This document shows, one piece after another, positions 36,300 to 49,266 of a stretch of 64,000 nt of DNA. Position 1 is the first letter of the stretch. Each line of letters starts with the position of its first letter. The notes beneath the pieces were generated by a model. It was not told the DNA's origin and did not search any database. It was given only the letters and a program-made list of their open reading frames with translations. Source of the stretch: Fistulifera solaris. Its lineage: Eukaryota. A program made the position numbers and the translations under genes. The stretch is from contig AP026124.1 of NCBI GenBank assembly GCA_030295235.1, forward strand, positions 2,170,001 to 2,234,000, in the 5' to 3' direction.

Positions 36300-37568
36300 A
36301 TGAAGAATTATTGCTTTTGGTACGGAGAGTCAAAAGCCTCCGATCTAGAATGGCTCGGAACGGCAATTCGATTGCTAAAAGAAAACGAATGGAATGGTCA
36401 GACGACCTTGTTTTTTGATGGCCGCAGTTGGGGGGAGAGACTTCGTGAGGAAGCAGCCATCGGTCTGTTGCAGGCCTTGCAAACCAATACGTCGGCAAAA
36501 TCCTTGTATTTGAGACGGGCTGATTTGGATGTCAAAGCAGAAACGGCTTTGAATCACGTTTTTGAAAACAACAGACATTTAGAGCGAATTGTTCTTCGCA
36601 ACATCGAGACCACAGCAGGTGTATTGCGAATACCAGAAGGCATGTTCCAGAACTCGTCTCTCAAGGAATTGGAAGTAACAAAGGGCTTTCTTGGCAGTGC
36701 GTCCCTTGCGGCACTATCGGCGTCATTACTCAGCAATTCTTTGAATCATGTATCACTCGACAATGTCGTTTTGGATGGATGTCTCGATGAACTTGCTAAC
36801 GCAATAGAGAAAAGTAAGTCGCTTAGCCATTTCTCATTGAAGAATATGCGATTATCGCAAGCAGGATTAAAGCTTCTGCTTGAAGCAATAGGAAAAAACC
36901 AGTCTATTCGATCGCTTTCGTTGGAGAGTCTCAATCTTGGAACATCGGAAATTGACATGCTCGCCACGATGTTTAAGATGAATTCTCATCTCGAGAACGT
37001 CTCGCTCCGAAGGAACGTCATTGACGGAAAGGCAGCCGGAGTTTTGTTTCGGGATGTTAGTACTTTTCATCAATCGCTTCGCTCTTTGCTGCTGTCTGGT
37101 AATCCTCTCGGTGACGAAGGTGCTCGAGCGATCACCACATTTCTAAAGAGCAATACCTCTTTGGAAACGCTTTGCTTGGTTGATTGTAGACTTGGCAAGG
37201 TTGGGTGTCGGAGAATTGCCGAAGGATTGAAAGCCATGGATGGGATTCGTGAGCTGTACCTCGACTCGAACGAAACAAAATCTTCCGCTTCACAGATCCT
37301 CGACTCCTTACGAAAAGGCAATTACTCATTGACTGAAATCAGTCAGCGCTCGTTGACGCCTACCTACGGTCGACACACGGATGTTTCACGGCAAACCGCT
37401 ATTTGGCAACAAATCGAAATGTATCTGCGTTGGAACAAGCTTGGACGAAAGGTTCTTCGCGAGGAACACCTTGACTTCCTTCTTTCCAACGTCCTGAATC
37501 GAGTCAACTCGGATCCAGATCTCATCTACTCTTTCCTCAAGGAATCGTCAGCAATCATTTCTAATTGA
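36300..37568 (+). CDS. Leucine-rich repeat (ribonuclease inhibitor-like) protein
   Basis: 28-aa LRRs such as SLRSLLLSGNPLGDEGA and SLETLCLVDCRLGKVG, with C-cap YLRWNKLGR...DLIYSFLK. Confidence 0.85.
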   Translation: MKNYCFWYGESKASDLEWLGTAIRLLKENEWNGQTTLFFDGRSWGERLREEAAIGLLQALQTNTSAKSLYLRRADLDVKAETALNHVFENNRHLERIVLRNIETTAGVLRIPEGMFQNSSLKELEVTKGFLGSASLAALSASLLSNSLNHVSLDNVVLDGCLDELANAIEKSKSLSHFSLKNMRLSQAGLKLLLEAIGKNQSIRSLSLESLNLGTSEIDMLATMFKMNSHLENVSLRRNVIDGKAAGVLFRDVSTFHQSLRSLLLSGNPLGDEGARAITTFLKSNTSLETLCLVDCRLGKVGCRRIAEGLKAMDGIRELYLDSNETKSSASQILDSLRKGNYSLTEISQRSLTPTYGRHTDVSRQTAIWQQIEMYLRWNKLGRKVLREEHLDFLLSNVLNRVNSDPDLIYSFLKESSAIISN

Positions 37569-37762
37569 AAATTTCCTGTATAATTGATAATTTCATAAAC
37601 GATCATGGCAATTACTGACACGGTTTATCATCGGTGGCATTCATACTTTACTGTATTGAAGAACTGAAAATAAAATTTCAAACACCTACGAGACAATAAC
37701 TTGTATTGGTTCAAGATGTAAAAAATACTAAAAACAAATGAAATTGGGTCCCTGCGAACCCA

Positions 37763-38533
37763 TCAATCCGAAAATGGGATTCCAGCAGCTGCAAGACGTT
37801 GTTCATACGTCTTTTGTTCTTGCGGTGCACTTTCCGGATTGCCACTCTCTTCACTTTGTTCCTCTTCGAGTGCCTGCACAGCGGTCACTTCGGGAATATA
37901 ATGCATCAACATATTCTCGACTCCTTGTTTTAGGGTGACCGATGAACTAGGACAACCAACGCAGGATCCCGCCAACTGCACCGTCACCATGCCAGTTTCC
38001 TCTTCAAACGAAACGTATCGAATATCTCCGCCATCTTCTTGTACCGCTGGTCGAATACGAGCTTCAATGAGCTCCTTGATCATCGCGACAACTTCACCGT
38101 CATCATCTAAAATGGTGGTGTCCGAGATCTCGGGCTTTTCCAATAAAGCTGGTTTCCCCGAATCAGCCCAGTTCATAATGACCGAAAAAAGTTGCGGACG
38201 CAATAGTTTCCATTTGTGTTCGGCAAATTTCGTGACGGTGACAAAATCCGCACCCAAATACACGGCTTTGACGCCTTCGACGTCCAACAATTGCTTCGCC
38301 AAGGGGCTACGCAGTATATCATCCTTCGGATCCGATTTGGTTACAAAGTAGCCATTGCTATCATCTCCTTGTACAATGGCTAAACCGTTGGGAACAAACT
38401 TGAGAGACTCTGGATTGGGGGTATCGGTTGTTTGAATAAAAAGAGATCGAAGCTGATTCAAGGTTGGAAGCATTAATTTTGATTTCCGCCCGAGCATTCC
38501 TTGAGCCATGAACTTTGAAGCCGTAATTATCAT
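37763..38533 (-). CDS. NFU1: Mitochondrial Fe-S cluster carrier NFU1
   Basis: [52 protein letters not shown], and a basic presequence. Confidence 0.95.
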   Translation of the reverse strand: MIITASKFMAQGMLGRKSKLMLPTLNQLRSLFIQTTDTPNPESLKFVPNGLAIVQGDDSNGYFVTKSDPKDDILRSPLAKQLLDVEGVKAVYLGADFVTVTKFAEHKWKLLRPQLFSVIMNWADSGKPALLEKPEISDTTILDDDGEVVAMIKELIEARIRPAVQEDGGDIRYVSFEEETGMVTVQLAGSCVGCPSSSVTLKQGVENMLMHYIPEVTAVQALEEEQSEESGNPESAPQEQKTYEQRLAAAGIPFSD

Positions 38534-39133
38534 GTTACTGAATTGGTAAAAAGATCAACGAAAATGAAACTAAATGCTTGCAGCGTCAATCGTGTACTTT
38601 GCCCTTTAGCTTTGCTATAGTGGCGACGACGAGCGAGATCGAAAATCACGGATGGAGATTTTGACCAAAACTCCTCTCGCGTTTGTCCTTCAACCGCTAG
38701 GAATAACGAGTAAGTCGTATCGGTTTCAAAATTCCCTATAGATCGGGTTTTGCATTAATTCGTACTCCGAAAGTATGTCGCACACCATGTCGCGGGCCAA
38801 ATAAGCATCAAGTTTGAACATTAGGATCCAAGTCTCATAGAAGTAGTAGTCATTGTACTTGATACTTGATAGCTCAAATAAATACTCATGGAGGTCATTC
38901 TACAGCAAGCATAAAAAGTGACCTGTGACTGACACAAGATGTGCACCACTTTCACCTCGCTCTTCGCGCTGATGAGGAGCAAGACAACTACTGGTCTTGC
39001 ATCTTGCAACAAATGAACTCTCCGCTGCAGCGAGACGATCCTTGCGGACGAAAGGCATCAAAATCTTCCCATTGACGTTTATCTAAACAAGGTAGTGAAC
39101 AAGCTGCTCGACGTGCTTGAAAGTTCAACAACA

Positions 39134-40285
39134 ATGCCGCCTTCCATCGACAATCATCATTCTTCCTTTTTTGCAATTCCCGAATCATCGACGGACGGGT
39201 CTTCCACGTCTTGTCGTAGTCGCGAAACGAAAAGCATTCCTCGTCATAGCTTCCTCAAAATGGCAAAAAATAGACGCTTCGGGACAATGCTGAAATTTTT
39301 TGAACGATCGGAAGAGTACGATTTGGATGCCTGGTTATTTCCGAGCGCCGCAACAACTTTTGCTACCAGCGGAACGTTGTCTTCCGTTCCCGGTATCTTG
39401 TCTCCGAGCTATTCTAGAAATAGCACGTTTCCAACTCTACGAAAACGGTCGCCGCAACAAGACGATGAATACAAGCTTCATTTATTTCGGGGCGAAACGC
39501 CACTCCACATCTTGTTGCGGTACAATCCACCGGAAGAACTCGTGCACAGTGTCATTGAGTATTTGTCGCAATCCGAACAATCCTGTGGAGTTCCGGAAGA
39601 TTCCATTGATATGCTGGGCCGCACACCCCTCCATGTCGCGTGTGCGAACGGTGCTGCCGTCGCCGTGGTCGAACGGCTGTTGAATGGAGAATCTTCCGTC
39701 ATGCCGGCCTTTGCCAAAGATGCTGCCGGACGACACGCCTTGCACGGGGCTTGCGCGAATCCGCAGGGATCGTGGCGGCGTCAAGTACGTCGGACGAATC
39801 ATCATCATTACCCATTTGTCGAAAGCATGGCCATGGTAGATAACATGGTGAATGTGGTCAAAGCACTACTGCAAGCATATCCCGAGTCGGTGTTTATTGC
39901 TGATCACGATGGGAATCGACCCAAGGATCTTGCCCGGATGCAGAACGCGGATGAACGGATTTTGTTATTGCTGTCGCGCGAAGAACATTGTTGTGAATTG
40001 GACAATCAATATCAAAAACATTTTTCCAGCGTCGCCGATACGACAGTAGCACAAACCCGTACAATTACACTTCCCCGATCGCGGGACGAAATCTCCTCCA
40101 TCGGCTCTTCAGGCTTGTCGTGTTATGAGGAAAAACCTCGAGTCGTCTCGACGAAAGAACTGCTGAAATTGTCCCCCTTCCACGCCATGACCAGCTGTGA
40201 TGAAGTGATTCGATTTGTTGAAATAAATTTGTGCCGGCCTACATTGGATTGCGAAGAAATTTCTGGTCTTGACAATAGCAAATGA
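39134..40285 (+). CDS. Ankyrin-repeat protein
   Basis: GETPLHILL, GRTPLHVAC, GRHALHGAC, GNRPKDLA. Confidence 0.85.
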   Translation: MPPSIDNHHSSFFAIPESSTDGSSTSCRSRETKSIPRHSFLKMAKNRRFGTMLKFFERSEEYDLDAWLFPSAATTFATSGTLSSVPGILSPSYSRNSTFPTLRKRSPQQDDEYKLHLFRGETPLHILLRYNPPEELVHSVIEYLSQSEQSCGVPEDSIDMLGRTPLHVACANGAAVAVVERLLNGESSVMPAFAKDAAGRHALHGACANPQGSWRRQVRRTNHHHYPFVESMAMVDNMVNVVKALLQAYPESVFIADHDGNRPKDLARMQNADERILLLLSREEHCCELDNQYQKHFSSVADTTVAQTRTITLPRSRDEISSIGSSGLSCYEEKPRVVSTKELLKLSPFHAMTSCDEVIRFVEINLCRPTLDCEEISGLDNSK

Positions 40286-40921
40286 AATTGTTTTGACAAA
40301 AAAAGGAGAAATTCGACAACCATCCTTGTTTGCATACCTGGTAGATGATACATAATACACTACTACTAGTAGAGCCTTTACCCCTTTCACCCGCCACTTT
40401 CCGATCTTGATCGCTGCGACGAAAGAAGCGCGAGTATTCCAAGAAATTTACTCCAGAGTTGTGTATTTTATTGTTTGAGAAAATGTTATTCTAATATACA
40501 AAGTAGAATGAGCGAATCATCGCTTGAATCCGTTTTTTCGTGCAAATGGCAGAAACGACTTACCGATCCGCGATTGAAAAGCAATCGGGACTGTGAATTT
40601 TCGCGGTTCTTTTAGCCGTTAATTGATGGGGCGGCCAACCGTTATAGAAAAGGTTCGATTGTGTGCATGGGACGCAGCGCAATCCCATTTCACGCCGGCC
40701 GCTCTTTCGCACGATTGCAAGCGATTTGCTCGTTGGACTGTTTATCAAATAGTGAACCAGCTACGGTACTTGTTGTTCTTTGTGACACCGAAACAAAATC
40801 TCCCCCCCCTTTTTGCTGCACCGCTATCGTTCCCACAAATCTTCTTTTTCGTTGATAGCACGATTGCCCACAAAATCGAACGATTGATTTGTAAATAATA
40901 AGAAAGATATCCCAGCAAAAG

Positions 40922-42399
40922 ATGCACTGCCCCAATTTATCTTCGTCATCTACTTTAGTGGATACAAGAGACGAAATCAAACAGGATTCTTCTGCCATAA
41001 TGAAGACACGCTCGCAAGAATGGTGGAAACGACAACTGGTCCAACGATCGACGGCTACACTGAATGACGATATGGAACGACTGTTTTCGGAATCCCCCTT
41101 TTGAGTGCACATCCATCACGTGATGTGGCCAAGTTTGATCGATCAGAAATTGTCACGGGCCGCGTTTTGGGAAAAGGCGGATTCTCGGTGGTCTACGAAG
41201 TGATTGGCTTTGATTTGGATTCGTTCGTTTCTCGTTCACTCCGTCCCGAAGAACGCAAGTTACGAGAAGCCTACGCGAGAAATGTTTTAGATCCCAAGAC
41301 GAAACGAAGTCGGTTTGTGATTAAGTACTTAAGACCAGAGACAGTCCGCCATGGCTTTCGTGAAGCGGCGAATGATCTGGTGTTAGAAGGCGAGTTCTTG
41401 TCGAGATTGCAACATGAAAACATTATTGCACTGCATGGTCTTCCCGTGAATGGAGTCAATGCGTGGCAAGATGGATTACATGATGGCTACTTTTTGATTT
41501 TGGATCGACTTACAGAAACGTTGGATCACTGCTTACACAACAAGATTGCCAAAGCGCCTTCCGAACGGAAGAAAATGGAATATGCGCTCGACCTGGCTTC
41601 GGCTATCGAATATCTGCACAGCCATGGAATTGTTTTTCGCGATTTGAAACCAAGTAATCTTGGGTTCAGCTCGACCGGTCGAATTCAGTTGTACGATTTT
41701 GGTTTGGCTCGTGAACTTCCAGGCGATGGCAACGATTTATACGAGATGTCGGGTGTCGGCACGAGACGATACATGGCGCCCGAAGTCATTCGTGAGCGGC
41801 TCTACAATGCCAAAGTGGACGTGTATAGCTGGTCCATGGTAGTGTGGCAACTCTTTACGCATTGCAAGCCCTATTCTTTGTATTCTCCGGTAGAACACGC
41901 CCGTCATGTTTGCATCGGAGGAGAGCGACCACCCTTGGGGAAGGGACTCGATATTCACGGCGACTTGAAGGCTTCGCTCTGTCTTTCACCTTTCCTTAAG
42001 GATCTTTTAGCGCATTGTTGGGACGAATCAATACGTGATCGATGTTCCATGTCGGATGTACGACGTCGTATGCAATGCGAAATGGCGAGAATGAACGGCT
42101 CATTCTTTTACACAGAAGCTACACCGGAAGGTATTGAAGTGACAATCTCTTTCGACCTTGGGTCAACTCGACAATTCGATCGGGACGAAGACAATAATAC
42201 TGTCTCTCTTACAGAAAAGTTTGGCGAAAGTTTTGACGAAACACAAAGCTCACTGTCTTTAGGACATCTTGTGATGAAAGAAAGCGTTTCGGATACTGAG
42301 GGCTGCTATCCTGTACTTAAGAGCGTTCTCTCCGGCAGCACATGTTCTACAAGCAGCCTCAGTGCGGCGGATAGTTTCCTTGGCACCTACATTATTTAA
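40922..42399 (+). CDS. Protein kinase (TKL-like, diatom-type); frameshift near 41100
   Basis: LGKGGFSVV, FVIK, FRDLKPSN, DFGLA, GTRRYMAPE, DVYSW. Confidence 0.9.
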
Positions 42400-42538
42400 T
42401 GCAACATTTCATAATCTTAACAGATCTGTTTCTTTTACAATAAACTGAATTTTTCCGACAACTTGGAGTAATACTTTTTCTCTAATGGTTTATTTTCTAC
42501 GGTGTATAGAGACAGGCGGCCGTCAGTGTGGTCCTTCT

Positions 42539-44518
42539 TCATTCGCTGGGTGCATCCGGCTGGTTGCAAGGGTGCGAATCCTTAAACCAGGGATGTTGCT
42601 GGCACAACGCATCGATTTGAACCAATGTCGGGCAAATTGTATCCACATCGACGTTAAAGCGTCTTGCGTTGTACATTTGCGGAACCATGACCGCATCTAC
42701 AATTGACGGAGAGAACGTACCGAGACAATATGGACCCTGGCGTTGGCGCTTTGTCACCAAGGTCTCCAGCGCAGCTAGTCCTTTCTCATTTGCGGCTCGG
42801 CCAAGTTCCTCGGCGGTTATCGTTCCGTTCGACTGTTTCTCTAGCTCTCTTGTGTAGGGAAAATTCTGCATCGGATGAGTCCCAGAATTGATGATTTGCA
42901 CCATTTCCAATGCGGCATAGCGATCACGGCCATCTTTGGGCGTCAAACAGCGCTTGTGCGGGAATTCGTTTTCGAGGAAATCAATGATTGCTAGACTCTG
43001 ACTCAAACGAAGTGTCTTTCCTGTTTGACTGTCAGTAACTTCGAGCAACGGAATCTGCCCCATCGGACTTTTCGCAACAAATTCCGGTTTGGTTTGCTCC
43101 GCTTCCAACAAGTTTACGGGGATCGTGACATAAGAAATACCTTTTGCCGCCAGCGCGATGCGCACTCGCCAGGTCGAAGAGGATCGCCAGTAGCCGTAGA
43201 GCTTAAATTCGGTGTACCGCTCGTTTGGAGTGACGCAGCAAGCTGGCAACTTGGTGTTGGCCGGCAATACTTTTCCACTGCAATCCCCAAATCCAACTCT
43301 ACCACCGTTGGGAATCTGACAATGACCACGCATCACTACAGTGTCACCATCCTTGAGAAACTTTCGAACTTCGTCACCTACGTTGACTTCCTTGCTACCC
43401 TTCCAGGACAATTCTAGCATACTTCCGTATGAGTCCGGAGTTTGTCCCGATATCGTACCACTACCCAACAAATCTCCGGCTCGCATGATGCATCCCGATA
43501 CCGCATGATGAACCAGCTGTTGTGCCGGATTCCAATACATGTTCTTGAAATTCGACGTGGAAATGGTGTGTGGTTGGGTCTGAACTTCACTTTGAATGGC
43601 CACCGTCAGACAAATATCGTACGAAGAATACGTGGGATCTTGTAAATACTCCAAGGGGACCGGATCTTCCTGTTTTCCGGCCGATGTCGGAGCCGTAAAG
43701 GGTTCCAGTGCGGCGGTCATGACAATCCACGGACTGATCGTTGTTGCAAAGTTCTTGGCGGTAAAGGGTCCTAACGGTACATATTCCCACTTTTGTAAGT
43801 CGCGCGCCGACCAATCATTCATCAACACAAATCCAAAGACACGTTCCTTGGCTTGCTCCATGGTGAGCGGTCCACTGGTATTGGGAGGACCTCCCACGAC
43901 GGCCGCCATTTCCAATTCGAAATCCAGTAAACGACAAGGCCCATACACACTGCCTTGATTCGGATCCTCCGCATCTTTCTGCAGCTGCCCACAGGGACGC
44001 ACGACATCGTGGCCACTCACAAAGACGGTACTCGAACGTCCGTGATACCCGACGGGAAGATGCAACCAGTTGGGTTGCAGGGCATTGTCTTTTCCGCGAA
44101 ACATGATCCCCACATTGGTGGCATGCTCGCGACTCGAATAAAAGTCCGTGTAATCTCCGATACTAACCGGCAAATGGCATTGGACAGTTTGCACATTGTG
44201 AAAGGCTGCCGCACACAGTGGTGAGGAAAGTTGTTCTTGCGAGAAGAGTTCGTGCAGTCTCTGTCGAAAAGCCCGCCAGACTGGACGAGGATGTTCGATG
44301 AAACTGTTCAAGGTGGATTGGTTGAAGACATTGCAGGAAAGACCCGGAACTGTTTCAAATAAACCCGCTTCTTCGAGTACCGACAAATCGATTACAGTAT
44401 TCCCCAAAATAGTAGCACATCTCGGAGGCGCGTCCTGAAAAGAAACAACCCCGAGCGGCAAATTTGACAAGGAAAAGTCCGAGTCGTCCGGAATGTTGAT
44501 GCCGCAACAAGTCGTCAT
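42539..44518 (-). CDS. FAH: Fumarylacetoacetase fused to maleylacetoacetate isomerase (GST zeta)
   Basis: One uninterrupted 659-aa ORF. FAH motifs IGDYTDFYSSREHATNVG, LDFELE, NDWSARD, GPFTAKNF, GDLLGSGTISG; then GSTZ motifs LYGYWRSSSTWRVRIAL, PMGQIP, SQSLAII, SGTHPMQN, PQMYNARRF, HPCNQPD. Confidence 0.95.
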   Translation of the reverse strand: MTTCCGINIPDDSDFSLSNLPLGVVSFQDAPPRCATILGNTVIDLSVLEEAGLFETVPGLSCNVFNQSTLNSFIEHPRPVWRAFRQRLHELFSQEQLSSPLCAAAFHNVQTVQCHLPVSIGDYTDFYSSREHATNVGIMFRGKDNALQPNWLHLPVGYHGRSSTVFVSGHDVVRPCGQLQKDAEDPNQGSVYGPCRLLDFELEMAAVVGGPPNTSGPLTMEQAKERVFGFVLMNDWSARDLQKWEYVPLGPFTAKNFATTISPWIVMTAALEPFTAPTSAGKQEDPVPLEYLQDPTYSSYDICLTVAIQSEVQTQPHTISTSNFKNMYWNPAQQLVHHAVSGCIMRAGDLLGSGTISGQTPDSYGSMLELSWKGSKEVNVGDEVRKFLKDGDTVVMRGHCQIPNGGRVGFGDCSGKVLPANTKLPACCVTPNERYTEFKLYGYWRSSSTWRVRIALAAKGISYVTIPVNLLEAEQTKPEFVAKSPMGQIPLLEVTDSQTGKTLRLSQSLAIIDFLENEFPHKRCLTPKDGRDRYAALEMVQIINSGTHPMQNFPYTRELEKQSNGTITAEELGRAANEKGLAALETLVTKRQRQGPYCLGTFSPSIVDAVMVPQMYNARRFNVDVDTICPTLVQIDALCQQHPWFKDSHPCNQPDAPSE

Positions 44519-45008
44519 ACTTAGCTTTTCTTTTGTGGTGATGCCGTTGCACTTGGGAGAGACGATTCAAGTTACAGAATGATTCGATTGAAAGCCTTTA
44601 CAATTGAGAACAACCATGTCAAAAGATGTCCTTCTCGCTCTCTCGTGATGTTTTCTTTTTTTCTTTTTTCCGAACGAACTCTCCCTCTACTCTCTTTCCT
44701 CATTGTCAGTCTGTCCACCCTTCCACCTGTTGTGCCCCTACCTGACCATGTCTTCCGGTTCTGTCACTAAGTAAATAAGACGGTTCCTACTATCTAACTA
44801 AATGATAACGTTGAAATTAGATCTGTACATAAAAACAGATTCAATAGAGATTTGGGTACCGTGTTATGATACCAGTGTACTCACTACCCTATAAAACACG
44901 CCTGTCGGTCTCTCTCTTTCATTCAAACCGCAAACGAAGCATTGCATGATTGCAACGAAAACAAACACTTGTTATACGTCTACGATTGTTGCAAGAAACA
45001 AAAGAACC

Positions 45009-47073
45009 ATGGAAGAAGAAGAAGGAATCGAGTCCGTTCTAGCCACTTTGCAGCCGTTGCGGGACTTGGCAAAGAATTGGGATATCGATATCGCTACATG
45101 GTGAGATGATTCTTTGCAGGGAACGGAGTTGTGATCCTTTCCTTTCGAAATTTTGCTGCTCTTATTGATATAAATACTCGACTAACCCATAACTCTTGTT
45201 TTCTTTGATTCATTCTAGCCTGGAAGAATATTTGCACGATTTGGTAGGACATATACCAGGAGCGGAAGATCAGTTGACGATCGATGGACCTTCCCTGAAC
45301 TTTGCCCAAGCGGCTCTTGTGCTACAAAATTCCTCCAATATTTACAGTCGCAAAGTCGAATACCTGTATGCACTCGTCTATAAATCGCTGGAAGAAAACT
45401 TTCAGGTACAAAATGGCAAAGTCGTCCGACCGCGACACGCCGATCCGGACATTGATGACTTTTTAGCGTTTGATCCGTACCAAGAGTTCTTGCTGCTCGA
45501 CGATGTCTTGCCCACCGATGATTCACCGGATAATCGTAAAATTGATCTCGTGGAAGAGAAAGCGGAGGAATCCACACCGGGACGCTCGATGACCCGTCTA
45601 TCGTTGACGGAAAATAAAAGTGTGACGGCCATTAATGATGTTGCGTACAAGACGTTATTGGATCCACACGGCAGTACACTTCGTCTTTTGAAAGCACCAG
45701 TGGCCGAAGATGGATGGTTACGATTACCTGGAACAAATTCGGGAAAAATACAGTCTTCTTCGACTCCCTTGTCTCCTCTTCCGCAAAGTCTTCAGGAACC
45801 CAGTGGAGAAGAAAGTATGGAAATGGAAAGGGGTTTCGGGGAATTTAATGGTGGAAATGACAACGATAATGATGATGATGACGGTCCCGGATTCTTCATG
45901 AATGATGATGATGAGGTGGAGTTACCTGTAGCAACGCAGCAATTGGCTTTTGCCAAGCCGGCCAGACACGTGACTTTCGCGGAATCTGAACCAGCACCCA
46001 AACAAGATCCCTGGGCTCTCCTCGATCCGCATTCGGTCGATTCTGTCACGAAAGCCAAGCCGTTGAAAATAGGCAAGTCCATTCGATTGCCAAAAGGAAT
46101 CACTGAGCCACCATCCGCATGCGTGACGGGAGCCCGAACTCGACGTATCATGCGTCCCAACAATCCTACATCGCAGGCTAACACGGCAACAGGAAAGCGC
46201 CGATTCGATCCCACCGAATCTTTTAACAGCCAATTTGCATTCGGAAAGCACTCTGTGAACGACGACGAGACCGTGCCTTTCTTGCCGCTTCAAGGCTTGG
46301 CGTTTGGCGATGAATTCACGTATGTCTACCAAGCGACGACGAAACGACTTGCTGCTCAGCGAAGAGAACTTCGTCAACAGGAACAGTCAAAAGCAGCTCA
46401 ATCCAACTTTGACGAAGAGGACGATGAGGATCAGTATGGTGATGGATTTGTCTTTGGCTATCCTCAGGAAGGGAATACAGAACTGATGTCCTTGGATGAA
46501 ATGTACAATCGAGAGAATGGTAAGTTTATGCAACTGCGATCGATATCACGCATTTAGCATTTTGATCGAATACTAACTATTCCTCCACAAGATGACGCAC
46601 ACACAGGGGCTACTTTCGAAGAACTATGCCGAGCGCACTTGCAAGCTTTTGCCCGAGAAGCAGAAAAGTACGCGTCTGAAACAAAATTGACGCAAAGGGT
46701 AGATCAGTGGCAACAAAGACTGCAGCCATTGTTACAAGAAGAGGAAGAACGTCCTGTCTTTGATATTTATGAATATGGACATCAGGTAATCGAATCATTG
46801 GAAAATGAGATCACTAAGATCCCTCCTGATACGAACGAGAAGCCAAGCTTGATTGTCGACTTTAGCCGAGTTACTCGTCAAAAACCGAATTTTGAAGTAT
46901 GTCGTTTGTTCTTGGCGAGTTTAAGTTTGACCAATAGCGGCAACGTCCGTTTTGTCGAGACATCGGCCGACGGTAACTCTCTAAGCATCGAGCTGCTAAA
47001 CCGTGAAGTTGAATTGCCCACAGAAAACTACCTGGCCCCTAGTGTTCGAGAGACGAGTAGCATGGTAATGTGA
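45009..47073 (+). CDS. NCAPH2: Condensin II kleisin subunit H2, 3 exons
   Basis: Introns 45101-45218 and 46520-46591. LQPLRDLAKNWDIDIA, NFAQAALVLQNSSNIYSRKVEYLY, FDIYEYG, EVCRLFLASLSLTNSGNV. Confidence 0.93.
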
Positions 47074-47165
47074 AAAGAGGCATAGACGTGGAGTTTACAA
47101 AAACAAACAACATTTAAGCATTAGATTGCATCGTGTTATTAAACAACTCTCCTCAGTTCGGCGAC

Positions 47166-48106
47166 CTAGTCACGAATGAACGCATTCTTGTATGCATTCG
47201 TAATAGACTCAATAGATAATAGAATGATCATGGCATGGGGCGCGCAGCGGCCATAGTAGGCACTGAACGAGCTGAAAAATCCCATGGGTCCTTCCTTCTT
47301 AAAAATCTGGACGGAACAATCGATGACACCCTTGTATGGCATAACACCGGTCATTGGATCTGGCTTCTGAGCCATTAAGCGCGATTTGATCAAATCAAAT
47401 GGAAGACTGAACAAAGCCGCGGTGAAACCGGCAATCGCCGATGCACCGAGTTGGGTCGGTACACTGGGTCCTTTCGTCATGGGATCATTGAGCAACGCCG
47501 CCACCATCTCCTTGGCTTGATCGTAGCACGCCATCATGCCGACGTTCATGGACATTCCGCGTAAAACATTCGGCGCCAATCCCTTGTACAGGGCCGCGAC
47601 ACCTTCCTCCTTGGCCGTTCGGAATAACGCATCGAAGACATTCTTGTAGTTTCTACGGTCTTTGGGCTCGGCCATGCCGTCCGATTGCAGTCGCACCAAA
47701 GCGATATCGAACGGCGTACCGATACATACAGCAATTGAGCCACTCGCCATACCCGAAAGAGTTTTTTGCAAAAATTGATGGGCTGGCCGTGATTCCACTC
47801 AACCAGTTTGTCCGAGAAAGAACGATGCAATCCGATGCGGGCTGTTCCGTACACGAGCTGACGACCAATTGCGGCATCCACACCTTTATATATGGACATG
47901 AACCCGTCGTTCTGGATGAGATTACCGAGAACTGTCGTGAAACCAGGGACGGGCTTGCCTGGATTCAATTGACCGTACAATTGCATGCGCACTTTCGCTA
48001 AATCCATCGGATGAATTACGACAGAGGCGCACGTGGCCGCGGCACCTCCACATACAAATGGCTGGAGTGTTTTAGCAACGGAACTGGATTTGGGAGAAGT
48101 TGCCAT
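47166..48106 (-). CDS. Mitochondrial 2-oxoglutarate/malate (dicarboxylate) carrier, SLC25 family; frameshift near 47785
   Basis: Three carrier signatures PMDLAKVRMQ, PFDIALVRLQ and PFDLIKSRL; also RQLVYGTARIG, RRNYKNVFDAL, RCAPHAM. Confidence 0.9.
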
Positions 48107-48749
48107 GATGAAGGAAGATTCGTTCATGGGTGGTTTTGTTTTTTTTTCACTCTATTGTGACCAAGAAAATTTTCTTGTTCCGATGAACTTAAAGTTCCTG
48201 AAGGATCCGGGCGCTTTTCCTCTACCCAGCGATGAGACGGACAGACACTATTCGTAAAAAAAGCTACACGGTGGTCATTGCTCAATGTACAAAGCATCCA
48301 CTGTGCCATCGGAAAGGGAAGGCCAGGACGAGGAACGGACAGGCGGATAAGATGACGTACGTGTTTCTTGTTTGTTTTTACTAACAGTACCTGGTACGGA
48401 GTACTACAAAATTCAAGACTATCTTGACTCCTCTTGATTGGTTCCACGATAAGTGGTGCGACACGCTGTCCTTTCAACCACCGTTTTCGTCGGTATGAAC
48501 TTTGAAGATATTGAAAACCATGTCATTGTCTTCAAGCGAATACATTGAACGCTGTTGAGACTTGTCTCCCTTGCAACAAATAAAAGCCTTTCGATATTTA
48601 TTAACTGGATACTCCTAGAAGGTAAGCGTTGTTGTGATCCCATGAAATGAACGAGCGAGCGTAAAGGAGGAGGAATACTGAATACTTTGCACATTGTTAC
48701 TCCTTTCGTCATGCAACTTTTTTCAGGTATCACCAAAAAACGTGACAGC

Positions 48750-49127
48750 ATGAGCGCAACCGAAGAAGCCGATTATTCTACTACAGTGGAAATGGAGTTT
48801 CGGGATGATGGGGTCGTGACGAGCGGGGAACAGAACGAAGACGTGTCCGGCGATCCCGCAACCGACATTCCTTTGTTCACCGCAGAAGAATCAAAAGAGC
48901 TACAGAAACATCTGAACGATCAGTTGGAAGCGTGCATAAGCGATTATCGCAGCAAAGTCAAACAGTTGTTCAAGGAGTTTGTCGTGTTCTATGAAGTAGC
49001 GACACAGGTTGTCGAACAGTGGAAGGCTCCCTATGAAAACCAGCTGGCGGAGCAGACTCGATTAGAAGCTGTCGAACATGATGTTGAGCAAACGATGAAG
49101 AATATTCCCTGGATGAATCCGAATTAG
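48750..49127 (+). CDS. Small acidic/helical hypothetical protein
   Basis: About 125-aa ORF from MSATEE, with coding-like composition, in a gap between genes. Confidence 0.5.
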   Translation: MSATEEADYSTTVEMEFRDDGVVTSGEQNEDVSGDPATDIPLFTAEESKELQKHLNDQLEACISDYRSKVKQLFKEFVVFYEVATQVVEQWKAPYENQLAEQTRLEAVEHDVEQTMKNIPWMNPN

Positions 49128-49266
49128 AATATGAAGTGGTGAGCTTCGAAAATCGACAGCGATTTGTTGCAATACAAGGTCCAGGTTTCGTTGTTGATAT
49201 ATTCAGCTGTAACAAAAAGTGGTATCGTAGTATAGCAGTCGCATGTCGTAGCAGTTCCTCTGGGTT

